Translations under genes and position numbers: made by a program
Shown: positions 12,791 to 25,668 of the stretch, one piece after another
Numbering within the stretch: the stretch's first letter is position 1
Layout: every line of letters begins with the position of its first letter
NCBI RefSeq assembly: GCF_036588685.1
Contig: NC_086376.1
Span: 83,265,014 to 83,329,013, forward strand
Length of the DNA: 64,000 nucleotides
Direction of reading: 5' to 3'
From: Mytilus trossulus
Taxonomy: Eukaryota
The notes under the pieces: generated by a model
Told to the model about the DNA's origin: nothing
The model's database searches: none
Seen by the model: the letters and a program-made list of their open reading frames with translations, nothing else

Positions 12791-14892
12791 TGAGAACATA
12801 AGTCTGATTCGGTGTAACTTTTTTACGCCAAGATATTATTGTCAATGCAGAAGGAGGCTTATCCATAATTTAAGAAAAGGGTCTTTCAGCGATTAGACCA
12901 TATGTTATTAAAAAGCATGATAAATGCAGGGTATCAATTTTCTTTCATTTACATCTTGGGGTAAATATATGTGCATTTCTATTAAACTGTTAAACGGGTA
13001 TTAAGTCTGAGAGTTTAGTGACAGGCTTTTAATGAAATGAATAGCAGTAGATAAAAGCTATGAAATATTCATTTTGTTAATGAATTATTATTTATCTATT
13101 TCAAAGAGTACTATACAACATAAATCATCATTCAGAAATATCCAAAGAACCATAGACTAATAAAAGAGTGAACATTTTTTTTCCACAGAAACATGTATTT
13201 GGACGCATTTGCACTTCTTGACTGTGATGCAAATCTTATGCACGAGAATGACGTTATTTTTTAACCAAATACAGTAGCATTGTTTGTTTTAAACGCCATA
13301 GGACATGTGATTGACATGTTATGCTAATATGCAGGTAAAGTGCAACTGAGTCTTTTAAGTGCATCATCGTGTAACAGCTTATTAATAATTGATAATCTTC
13401 AACACGTTCAAGTGAAGAAGGTCAGTAAGTCCCTCTTGTCGTAGAAGTTTTTTCTTCAAATCGTTTACTGTCATATAAACTACATACCATGACAAGTACA
13501 GGTGTAGAATAAGAATTATCAATTGTCTTTGGAATAAGGATAGTAACTCGTATTAAGAATATTGAATAGTGTTGTATTAGGAACTATTGATTTTGTTTTT
13601 GATAAATATAAAGCATAACTTAATATGTATTGCTACAAAGTTATGATAGTTACGCAGGTAATTATATTTTACATTGCACAAAGTTGTTGCGGTTTAGCAT
13701 GTTTATGACGTATCATACTAAATCCTTTCGATTTGAATTGATTGGAACGTGAGAGAATGTTTTATGCATTAGTTGTAATTGGCTTTGCATTAGCTTTTTA
13801 TAACAACGAAAAATCTAAGACCGGTAGTTTGTGTCTTTATGTTAGATGTTCTGTTCTCTTTATATGTCTTTTCTGAATTTAATGTGGCTTTACTGACGTA
13901 TACTCAATTAACACCTCATTTTATACATGCACTATTCAGTGGCCTCCGTTGGTTATTGACGGTCATATCTATTTTCGTTTGTTGCTTTGTCTTAAAAGAG
14001 AGACGAAAGATACCAGAGGGATAGTCAAACTCATAAACAAAAATAAACTGACAACGCTATGGCTAAATATGACTTGATCTTATAGTGTATTGTTTCATAA
14101 TCGGGGATTGAGCTGACTATTGCTCATTTGTGACCAATAGCTGCTCGTATCCTCATCCTTTCTGAGTCTGGTGAATTATAATACCATAGCACCTTTCTTT
14201 TTCTTCTTCTTTTGCCACATTTCAACTGTTTATCCAATTGATATACATATTGAAATGATAATTTAATTAATAGATAAAATGAAAATTACAGACACATACG
14301 CAACAAAGAACACCACATAGCCCAAATAGGCTGATTTGCTCCATTCTCAAAATATGATGTCTTTTACATGCTCCCTATTTTGTTTATTTACACCATATGC
14401 CATAAAACTAAAACACGCAAAAAAAAAACTTCGTAGTGCGTCTTACTCTGACCCTCAATTATGTTTCTGTAGATTGGATATGAATAACTACTGATGGGAT
14501 AAAAGTCAGCGAGAAAGCACAAAATGTTTTTCATATAACATTATTTGAAAACCGAATCTAGTGTCGAACAATAAACATGGAATTTTTATCGGGAATTATC
14601 AGCTAGATAATGGCTGAACAAAGTGTAATATGCGGTAAATCATAATCAAATATATTGTTAAATAACTCATCAAAGATAACAGGATTATGATTTGTACGAC
14701 AGACGAACGCTTCGTCTACAAAATACTCTCATTAGTGCAGCTCGAACAAATAAAGGCCTTCCGAAATTATGGGATACCAGCAATTAATGCATTGTAGGTA
14801 CTCGAAGCAGAAACCACTTTTTGTTATAAAATCAGGAATTAGAAAAGATTCTCATATATCCTCCCCTTTTCAAGACAGCTGTCGATTGGGTA

Positions 14893-15360
14893 ATGCAATC
14901 AATCATACGCATCAACAACACAGGCATCATATTGACTCTCTTTAACTTTCTAGAAGATCTGGACTATGCAGATGATCTGGCTTTACTGACACATCTTGTA
15001 CACACATTCAAATCAAAACCACAAAGTTACAAAAAAATGCAAGTAAGATTGGACTTATCATCAACAAATCAGGTTATGCCCCGTTTAAAACATATCAAAG
15101 CCTCCTACAATAAATAAAAGCTTTTCAGGATATTCTGGTCGCGTAAGATCATAAACAAAGGTCTCAATGAAACAACAGGGCTTCAAGATGGAGACTCTAC
15201 TGTGGCAATAAATATGAAGATGGTACAAAGACCAGGTGAGGACAAGACCAGTGTTGCCCTCAGATGGAAACAAGAGGGGAAAGGAAAAAGACGCCCGACG
15301 ATATCTGCGCGCAGAACAGGTGATGCTGACATGAAAGACCAGTTGGAACGAAATCAAAAA
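14893..15360 (+). pseudogene. Degenerate non-LTR (LINE) ORF2 fragment: RT motif ..FLEDLDYADDLALL.. then a LINE-like C-terminal tail (..RWKQEGKGKRRPTISARRTGD..) in another frame
   Basis: YADD-type motif C with the LINE-typical flanks (L.YADDLAL, downstream ..L.LS..N..KT..M). It is frameshifted relative to the downstream basic tail; no intact ORF. Confidence 0.5.
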
Positions 15361-15639
15361 GACATCACATAAAAGAGATGAGTAGAAAAATCCAGATTTT
15401 TATGGCTAAACAAGAACTATATAGTTATTTCGAAAAAATCAAGGGTTTGCGATTAGTTATCTTATAAGTATGACCATATGTATAATAAAGTGCTAAGTTG
15501 AAGACCGCTGAGGGCCTATTTTCCGAAACGTTTTGCATATCCAGCTACGGTAATCCATTATTAAGGTACAATCCTTTGTAATTCGAATCATTCAATTTTG
15601 TGATAAGTTAATTTATAGGTAAAAACATATAAATAATAA

Positions 15640-15830
15640 TTCATGGCACCACAAGTGTGATAACTTCTGGGATGGTGAAACATTCGGGTACGAAACCTCC
15701 ACCAGCAGTGACATAGTCCCAGTGGTTGTATAACTAACTCATCAATATACAGGTTGAAAATTTTGTTCGCCAGATTTTGTCTACATTAGACTCACTATAG
15801 TGACGCTCAAATAAAGTAAAATAAGTAAAA
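15640..15830. mobile_element. Second SINE-like family (..aaactccaccagca..cccagtggttgta..caggattata..cgtttcgtctaca..actca..agtgacgctca); copies also at 10413-10480, 14667-14750, 16255-16320 and 16500-16640
   Basis: Five collinear partial or full copies within 6 kb share the cgtttcgtctaca..gtgacgctc tail and/or the ccaccagca..cccagtggttgta head. Confidence 0.6.
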
Positions 15831-17077
15831 AGGATTAATAAAGAAAAATTTCTTTTGAGAACTCGTTATTCCTAATATCTGATAAAATGAAGCCAAAGTA
15901 ATTTATTCCTGGGGTAGAAAAGTATAAGTAGTGTAAGGAGAACCGGGCAGTCGGGCATTAGTCTTAACTGTAAATGTGTATGTCTTAGTGCGTTGCTATA
16001 AGAATGTTTTTTGTTAGAATTTACGAGTATATAAGAAATAAAAGTTATTACTGGTGACCCTTCTCTGGTAGAGTGGTACTCTGGTTTATCCCCTCGGGTA
16101 AGGTTGGTTACTCTGGTAAGGTAATATAAAAGGGTAGATTGGAGTAAAGGTTTTGTATATATGGTAAAACTCAATATTTGTAAGAATAACAGACTCGTTA
16201 AATAAAAATCAACTTCTATTTAATTAGCTCATCATAGATACCATTATTATTATTTCATTATATACACAAGACGCGCATTTCGTCTGCAAGAGGCTTATAA
16301 GTGACGCTCGAATAAAAAAAACGTCAAAAAGGGGGGAAAATACGAAGTTTGAAAGCATTAAGGACCAAAATTCCTAAAAGTTTTGCCAAATACAGCTAGG
16401 GTAGTTTATTCCCGATGTAGAAAAGCCTCATTATTTAAAAAATTCAAAAGTTAAGTAAACAGTTCATTTAAAAATTTGACTATATCAATGATAATTATGT
16501 CAGCACCAAAGTGCTGACTACAGGGCTGTTGATACCTTCGGGGAGTTAAAACTCCACCAGCAAAGGCATCGACCCAGTGGTTGTAATAAATTCATCATAG
16601 ATACCAGGATTATACTTTAAGATGCATTAAATGTCAACAATACATACAAATATTGAATATCTTAACAGTATTCTAGTCTAAATATCGTCATCACACAATT
16701 TTAAGGGAACAAGTTACGTTTCCGGGGACCCACATTTCGTTACAGTATTAAGAACAATTCAAAGTTTCGTAAACAGTTAATTTAGAAATAAGACCATCCT
16801 CAAGTTAATTCGTGACAACATGCTGTTAACTACTGGTCTGTTGACGCCATTTGTAATATCAAAATTATAATATTGTGTTTTGTTTACTATTGTTTGACTG
16901 TTTGTCTGTTTCTTTTTCAACCATTGCGTTATCATTTTTTTTTCGATTTATCAATTTGGATGTTCATCTTGTATCTTTCACTCTTCTTTTATAGATATAC
17001 CTAGCCAATTGCAAGAAGAACTTCTATCAATGTATTGAATACCTAAGTACATAATTGACCTTACAAATTACGTTATT

Positions 17078-17449
17078 TTGCTGACTTTTCCAAGTTTTCC
17101 AAGAAACCTCTTTCTAAATAAACAACATCAATTTTATCAGCAATCAAACGGGCTTCATAGTTATTGTGACCTGTTTAGTTTTAATTTTCAACAAACAATT
17201 CGAGTTCCTAGGAGAACCAATTGTGCTCTTCTTTTTATCGACTTGTTCCTTTATTTAACTGAGGCTAACTTCATACAGGAAGGAAAGAAGTTTGCAGAAT
17301 CGTATAACTTTATGTTTCGCTTTTTAAATGATGTTCTCTCCTTTAATTATTCTGAATTTGGTGACTATATTGAACGCATCTACCTTTCAGAAAAGGATAC
17401 AACAGATACAGTTCTGCTTCATATCATGGCTTCCACTTTTAGAAATTGA
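17078..17449 (+). pseudogene. Decayed fragment of the same RT family as 63271-64000 (..FMFRFLNDVLSFNYSEFGDYIERIYLSEKDTTDTV..)
   Basis: Residues FRFLNDVLSFN..F..YI..IY..EL parallel FRYLDDILALNNDDFSMYISEIYPGEL in the 63271 ORF. It is short, bounded by SINE copies and not part of any extended ORF. Confidence 0.4.
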
Positions 17450-17479
17450 CATTGACGGTCGTTTGAAAACAATTATAGA

Positions 17480-17650
17480 AAATAAGATATGGTAAGAGTG
17501 CCAATGTGACAACTCTCAATCCAAGTCACAATGTATAAAACGTTTAAAGTACGGCCATCAACACGACGCCTTGGCTCATATCTAACAGAAAGCTATAAAG
17601 AGCCCCAAAATGACTAGTGTACAACATTTAAAACAGTAAAACAAACTGTG
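17480..17650 (-). mobile_element. SINE-like repeat, same family, partial, reverse orientation
   Basis: ggtaagagtgccaatgtgacaactctcaatcc..gccttggctcat..ctataaagagccccaaaatgactagtgta. Confidence 0.6.
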
Positions 17651-17954
17651 AATCTATATGAAAAATCCGTACGGGTTCCGCGAAACCCAGTGTATCGCAT
17701 ACTTATACTGTTATTCGCAGGCTTAATGAGTTTCCCTCAGTTTTAGTTTGGTACCCCGATTTTGTTTTTTGTCCATGGATTTATGAGTTTTGAACAGCGG
17801 TATACTACTGTTGCCTTTATTTAACAAAAATGAGGAAAAAATCAATAAAAATATACCTATGGGTACTATATTTTGATTGTAAGAAGCTTCTGTCCAAGTT
17901 TGGTAAAAATCCAGGATAGTTTATGAATCAAATGAATGTTTTAAAAACTTTAAC

Positions 17955-18350
17955 TGCAGACTGTATTAACTTGAAGAAAGACTAAGTCCATTTATAAGTA
18001 AAATACGGATAAACATGTACAATTTTTTTTTTAAATGTCCTTCTTGATAATAGGTTTGGATCATAAACAAGCTTCTGTCATTATTTGGTATAAATCCAGG
18101 ACAGTATAAGAAAGTTGTTAAAATTTTAAAAACTTTAACCACAGAGTGTACGTAATGTTTCCCTTGCAGAAAAACTAAGTCCATTTATAAGTAAAATACT
18201 GAAAAAATGGAATTTTATTCTTACAAAATTTATTTCTGGATACTATCTTTTGATCATGAACAAGCTTCTGTCCAAGTTTGGAAAAAAACCAGGACGATTT
18301 AAGAAAGTTATTAAATTTCAAAAACTTTAACCAGAGTGAATATCTGTGAA
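17955..18350. repeat. Tandem repeat, about 125-bp unit x 3 (..ctgtccaagtttggtaaaaatccaggata..aaaactttaac..actaagtccatttataagtaaaatac)
   Basis: Three collinear copies read directly. Confidence 0.8.
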
Positions 18351-18724
18351 CGTCGACGGAGACGACAACGACGATGGAATGTAGGAATGCTATGTCTCAC
18401 TTTTTCGACTAAGTGGAAGGCTCAGCAAAAATGAAAACATTTTACCACAAAACCGATTTCAGCTTCCCAATTGTAAACTTTCCATTTGTATGCAGCATCA
18501 TTCCGACAGGACATGTATATGTGGTATATATCTTCTATTTGATACAAAATTCCAGGACTTGTAATTCCTATTATAATTTGCTTGATATTTGATGTTGACA
18601 AGCAAATTATAAAACCAAGAGTTCCGAGTGATGTCTTCGTTAGTTTTACAGACGCCATCACGAGCTTGTCTGACAAAACAGCTGTTGGACATCCGAGTAA
18701 TCTCGTACTAGGAATTGGTATGAA

Positions 18725-18990
18725 AATCAAGGCTAACTGATGTTCAGTAGTTGCCGTTTGTTTCTAAAATTGAGAATGGAAATGTAATTTATACATGTTT
18801 CTAGTTTCTCGTTTTTTAATATAGATTAGACCGTTGGTTTTCCCGTTTGAATGGTTTTACACTAGTAATATTGGGGCCCTTTATTGCTTGTTGTTCGGTG
18901 TGAGCCAAGGCTCCGTGTTGACCTATAATGGTTTACTTTTTTTAAATTGTTATTTTCGATGGAGAGTTGTCTCATTGGCAATCACACCAC
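18725..18990 (+). mobile_element. SINE-like repeat, same family
   Basis: ..agtagttgccgtttgtttc..gggccctttattgcttgttgttcggtgtgagccaaggctccgtgttgacc..ggagagttgtctcattggcaatcacaccacatcc. Confidence 0.7.
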
Positions 18991-19789
18991 ATCCATCTGC
19001 CTATATCTAATACAACTGCATACCAACAAAGCATTGGCTTATTATTAGCAGCTTTGCTTATACTGACCTAATTACAACCTTGAACATGTAAACTATGTGA
19101 AAGTCTTTAGGTCAATGGATCATGACAAGGCAGGGGACAATTTGCTAAAAGGCTTCGAGACATGTGTCAATGCTAATACAGCTGCATACACAGTATTGAT
19201 GACCTAGTAGTTCACCTAAAACTGACCTAGTCAGTAACTTAACATAGGTTGACACTGCTGACATTGACAACAGCACGCCTAAGTCTCTGTTGGTGTTTTC
19301 TAGACTAGTTTTTTGGTTTTGTCTTCGAAATTATAAATTTTGATCGTCTCTTTGGTACCTTCTTCCTCTGTTTATCCCAATACTTCGTTGATAGGTTCAC
19401 AAATATAATTATAAAAGAGCTATTGCTTTGAAAATTTTTGAGATATCATAAATAAAGGCAACAGTAGTATACTGCTGTTCAAAACTCGATAGAAAGAAAC
19501 AAATCCAGGTGATAACTAAAACTGAGGGAAACACATTAAATATGAGAGGAGAACAACGACACAACATTAAAATGTTACACACACAAAAAGAACTAAGCAT
19601 TAGACAAAATCTAATGAGAATAACAAACATAATCATACGTTTTTTGATTGAGTTAAGTCTGCCAATTGATATTTTATTGTATGTTTTTCTGTGTTGTGAT
19701 GTTATGCTATTGTTTCAGAAAAAGGGAGAAGGTTTGGGCCCATTAAAACGTTTAATCCCGCTGCAAATGTTTGCACCTGTCCTAAGTCA

Positions 19790-20065
19790 GGAATCTGATG
19801 TACAGTAGTTGTCGTTTGTTTATGTAATATATACGTGTTTCTCGTTTCTCGTTTTGTTTATATAGATTAGACCGTTGGTTTTCCCGTTTGAATGGTTTTA
19901 CACTAGTAATTTTGGGGCCCTTTATAGCTTGTTGTTCGGTGTGAGCCAAGGCTCCGTGTTGAAGGCCTTACTTTAACCTATAATGGTTTAATTTTTAAAA
20001 TTGTTATTTGGATGGAGAGTTGTCTCATTGGCACTCACACCACATCTTCCTATATCTATATAATA
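19790..20065 (+). mobile_element. SINE-like interspersed repeat (superfamily: 5' cagtagttgtcgtttgtttatgt.. / middle gggccctttatagct..gttgaaggcc / 3' ..gagagttgtctcattggcaatcacaccacatcttc), full-length copy
   Basis: The same about 260-330-bp unit recurs at least 10 times in this window in both orientations (see the other copies listed). Confidence 0.75.
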
Positions 20066-21611
20066 TTGCCTCATGCACTTTTCTCGCTTTTCAATCTTAC
20101 TTCGCAAAAATAATATCATCAAAATCCATAAACCAAATTTGCCTTTAAAAACAATTTGACCACTTAATATTTGTTTTTATTTAACTTAAATACATTGGTT
20201 GCTATCTCATTGACATTTGTCCCATCTCTCCTTTAGTCATATTTAAAGTAATAGTCAACTGTTGATATATTTATTATACTTTATTTAATACTCAGAACAT
20301 TTTAATGTGACAATAAGTATGCTGCTATAGTCAGCACTGAGCAATCTAACACACCATCCATTAATTCTGATCTATATATAAGAAAGGACAATGTAATCCC
20401 TTTGTAGAAACTGGTACCCTTACTCCAAAACAGAGTAAACCATGCTGAGTTTTTTCTCTCAGGAAAATTCATTTTTTTAAAACTGTTTTTAAATGTAGAT
20501 ACAATGAAAAGACATTTTTGAATAATGACATTAATAAAATAATCTCAAAGATATCATCTGGAGTATAGGACATAAAAGATTACATTACCCTATCTACAAG
20601 AAAATAGAAAAGTTTTACAATACAACTCTGCCATTTCATAAAAAAATCTGTTAAAATCTTGTAAATATATTTCAATTCATCAAAAACTAACAAATAACTT
20701 TGCAATGACTTTTGTTTTGCTTGATTATCAGGTGATATTTCTGTGTATCTTACAACTTTCTCTATGTAAAGACATTTCTTGACATCAATTCATCATTTTA
20801 CTACATCAAATCAAATTTACTCTTCAATTCAAATCTAAACATTTCAGTTTATTATTTACTTTATTTCTGCCTCTAAGTAATATTCATCTTTCTTGGTGTT
20901 TGGCAAGTCTATTGATAACATTTTTGGACATATTAAATACATTAAATAAAACAAAAACATAATATCTTATGGGTGTTGAACCCCTTTTTGTACCACATGT
21001 TTCTTTTTCTATATTTTTCTTATTTTGTTAAAAACATATGTGTAACAGAGCAATATATCAATTCTAGAACAGTTAATGTTTGTGGTTGTGTTTTGAAATA
21101 AATATCAGATATTTTTCCTCTTAATTATTTTGAAAACATATAAATAAGGACTTCTCAAGGTCAAACTGCTTTTATGAGAGATACAATTTAAAATATCAAA
21201 TAAATATCAGAGAGGCATAGCCAAACAAAAGTATAGTACATTCTCAAGCAAAACAAATCCAAGGCAACATTTTGTCATGGTTGTTTTTTAATTCACATAT
21301 TGTTATCCACCAACTTTAGGGAAATAAAAACCTACTCCAGTTTGCATGGCATAATTTTCATCCCATGGACGGTTTTAAATTATTAGATTGCTGATAAATG
21401 AACATAAATTAAACAATTGATAACAACATTATAATATAATTACTGAATGAAAATCTCAAGATATAATAATCCCGTCAATGTCAACTTTAAATTAACGTAG
21501 TTTCAATTATTAAAGTAAAGGCTTGTTTTGTCTTCATTTATAATATGAAAAATATAAAAAAATATGACTGTTTTTATTTCAAAAATCAGAATCCAAAGTG
21601 ATCATGTAACT

Positions 21612-21740
21612 TTGTGCATTTATGTCCTGGTCTTTCAAGTGATGATGTGATTTTGCAATAATGCCCTGGTCTTTTAAGTGATTATGTGATTTTGCATTAA
21701 TATCCTGATCTTTTGAGTGATCATTAGATCACTTATAAAA
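21612..21740. repeat. Tandem repeat, about 42-bp unit x 3 (..tcctggtctttcaagtgatgatgtgattttgca..)
   Basis: Direct reading. Confidence 0.8.
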
Positions 21741-24700
21741 ACCAAGACATAAAGATGATAAATGAAAAATCAGTACTGTAACATACAACATGGGTGAACT
21801 TCAACTTGCCATTGATACGTAAATTTCAGATACAATTCAATTATTCTTCTTAAAATAAAATGTCTGTAAATGAACAAGAATCTAACATACAAGATATGTT
21901 TTACAAAGTTACATAATCATGCTAGTAACTAAGCTGACCATAGGCATCGTTTGGTCATCTTGACCTATTTTTCAGTAAGTTTGCCTCTTCAGCACCTTAT
22001 ACAACCACTTAGTGCTAATTTAGCTAAATATTTAAAGTATATATAAAAGAAAGAAGCCACAACATGATTTCCTAAGAACCAGTAGGAAGTTACAAGTCAG
22101 TGAAGGTGAAAAGAAGAAACCGTAAGAAGACAAAACAAGCCTTTGCAGTGTCATGACAAATGAGCTGACTTAACATTAATTTCAACATGTACACATTCAA
22201 ATTCTGATGTACAGTGTATAAATAAGATTAGCATTCATCACTTAATTTACTTAGAACATACATGTACAGATACATTCAAGATTGATACAGAATTAAAAAA
22301 TAAATCAATTGCACAATTTTAATATATTCACTTGGCATCAAACGTAATTTATCTGGATGACAAAAAAAGGGCCTTTCTAGAAACAGTTTTGGCTGCAAAA
22401 AAGACCATGCTGTCATTAAATTGTATTTGATGTTGATTTTCATGGTTTTTCTGAGCCGATGTCCTAACCAAACGTTTAAGGAGAAATTGTTTGCCTGTAA
22501 ATAATTATACTAAGAAATTTAGAATACTGATTTTCTAAAAGCAGGTAAATTGTCCCATTCAAATGAAATGACAACCCTTTTTGATTCTTTTCCCTTATCC
22601 CCAAGAAATTGAAATAATAGAAGTATTAATCTTACTTCAATATTATCAATTTCTTTATTTTCACCCTTGGTTTTATTTTCTAGAAAAGCCCTGTTAGAAA
22701 TAACCTACTATTCTACATACAAAACATCAGAGTTCACAAGTTTAAGCACCCACAACTTTTCCTGTGTGTGAACTGCTTTTAAATTTATATTATATTTAAC
22801 TTATCATAAGTCTTCTCATTTAAAATAAAAGTAGAACATTATTTTTTTTATTATTTCCAATTCATCTCTATAACTTTGTTAAAAGATTATATAGACATAT
22901 TTCCAAAAACTCTGATATTTTGGTTGCACAATCACTGATGATTAAAAATACAAGTTCCGAATATTACAAAATTCTAAATAACTACAATATATACCACTGA
23001 CTGACTAGGGAAAAAATGACATAAATAAATATGTGATGATATACTTAAATGAAACATACATTGCATTACATTTTTCCTTAATCTGACAAACTAAAACATT
23101 TTCATTCAACGTGGATTTAAAAACACCCATGACACGTTCTTCAATCAATCCAACTATCAGTGCATAAGAATAAAAAAAATACACCAAAGCAATCTATAAC
23201 AAACTTACATTCTAAATTCTAAATTCTTTCATGTTTCCCTATTTTTGGCAACTTATGCAATTTTACTTGTTTCACTGTTGGAAAAAATACAGTTTCATCA
23301 GAAAAAAGTTTTCTTCAAAAATCACTGCCTTCAGCTTATGTTCCTTCTGACAAGGATTTGAAAAAAGGGAGACAACAGCATTAAATAGTTTTGTGGAAGA
23401 TTTAATACCATCTTTATTATTTCCCAAGTTATGCTAGGAGAAAATACTAAGCCTCTGAAGCAAGGATAAGAAATTCATCTTTGGTCCATTTTCGTTGTAT
23501 AATATGTATTCTTAGAAAATCTGAATGAAATATTCAGCAAAATAAAATAATAACACTTTCTTTTTCTTGTAGGATTATGACAATGACACCATGGAACAGT
23601 GATCAAAACACTTTTTTTTGTAGTATACTGACTTCTCAAAAAGATGTTAGATTCACATAGACAATTGAACAAAACTTATGAGGTAGGACAAAGTAAATAA
23701 AAAACTCTGCAACAAGATTGAACAAACCACTTGCAAATATTCATTGCCAGTGTCTACAATTATAAATACCTGTCAATGACACCTTCAAATTCAAGACTTT
23801 CCATTCAAAGCTGTGTAAAATATTTGTTCTTGTGAAAAGAGAATTATCTCCCTTGTCCACAGACCAGTGAGCACCATTTTAAAATTTCTCAAAAGCCCAC
23901 AATAACAAAACAATATCTTTCATCTATCAGAAAAAAATCAACATTGGTTTAAATGATCATATGATAAATATATGTGGAGATATTTTAACAAAATGCATAA
24001 ACTGTGTTCAAACAGAATTAGCTATAAATTTAATAAATAACATTAACGAGTTGGTAGTTTGAGGTATTAAAAGACCCGCTCATAGGTGATAATACAATGC
24101 TATATAAATAATAATTGAAATAATTATACACAACGCCAACATGCTGATGTACCTTCGAATTATTCCTGAGGTTATTAGGTGATCAAAACAGCAAATTAGA
24201 ATTTTGTGTGTTAAATTTCCACTAAATTCATAGATGCTACTTATAATGTGAAATGTTCACTCCAAAATTCAACAACCTAGACCTTTGTCATAAAAATATT
24301 ATACAGCTAAAACTCAACAAGCTGGTTTGTGCCAAATTCATGTCAAAGGAGATACATTTATAAAAGCTGAACTTACTTTTAATAAAAGCAGGAACTTTTG
24401 TGAAAATAATATCAAAACATTAAAAAATAAAAGGTCCATGTATCAGCTTTTGAACTAATGTTCAATTGAGGTCTGCAAAACTTTCATGAAAAAGCCTGTT
24501 ATATTGATAAAAATACAAATGGAATAGGTCTAGGTACCTAAAATACCTCTTCAGGTGTGCTGACCTTCCTGAAAAATTTCGGACAATGTCTTGAACATTT
24601 ATATAGGCTTAATCATTTTTTTTTATAGTATCCCTAAACATTAATTAAAACAGCTCATATAACCCTTTGTACTATATATGAGTGAATAAATAAAATCAGA

Positions 24701-25479
24701 CTTTGCGTTAAATATATTCTAGAGGAGGACAAACCTTCCTAGAAATTATTATGCTCTTTTATAATCATTCGTTTCTTGTTGTTTTTTTCTTTTGGTAAAA
24801 ATAAAACAGTTTATAAAACGCCTTCTCATCAAGAAAAAATATATACTGAGGTCAAATTTTGTACTAAAAAATATTATACTGTCTCCTAGAAAAGCAGAGG
24901 TCAACAGAATACTATTAAAATTCCATTCTAGTCAATAAGCTTTATTTTTCATGGTAATACTAATTTCCTAAAAATGTTTTTATATTTAAAAGTGCAAATA
25001 GTAATACCAAAGTGTTGGCGATAAAAGAAAATGTAGTTTTATGGTTTCTTTTTTCAATTTTTCTTCAAAAGTGTTTCTTTTAAGTTTTCTTGTACATGTT
25101 GTATGTAATATAGATCAGCTACAGTCTATACTTTCACATAAAACATTTTCCAGATTAAACACGATTTATCAATTTAAAAAAAGTGAATTTCAAGCATATA
25201 ATTATATAAAATTTGCCATTTCCACTTGCTATTAAATATAGAGGTCATAGAAAACTTAGCTTTATGCAAATCAAACTCTAACAGTAAAATAAATTTACAA
25301 ATATTATAAAATGGGCATTAAAATATCATATGCAGTAAATTTCAGGGTATGGGTAAGTTAAGGGGAGATAATGCTATAAAATGAGAAAATAATATATATG
25401 ATCATTTGCACCATTCATAACTCTCACAAATTTGTGTCAATATGTTACAACATAAAATGAGACTACATGACAATTATCA

Positions 25480-25668
<189 letters not shown>

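Noticed and set aside
18422-18730. 102-aa minus-strand ORF with a hydrophobic stretch
   Set aside because: No recognisable domain. It is wedged between two SINE copies, has no flanking splice signals in phase, and contains a nested ORF on the same strand. I could not support it as coding.
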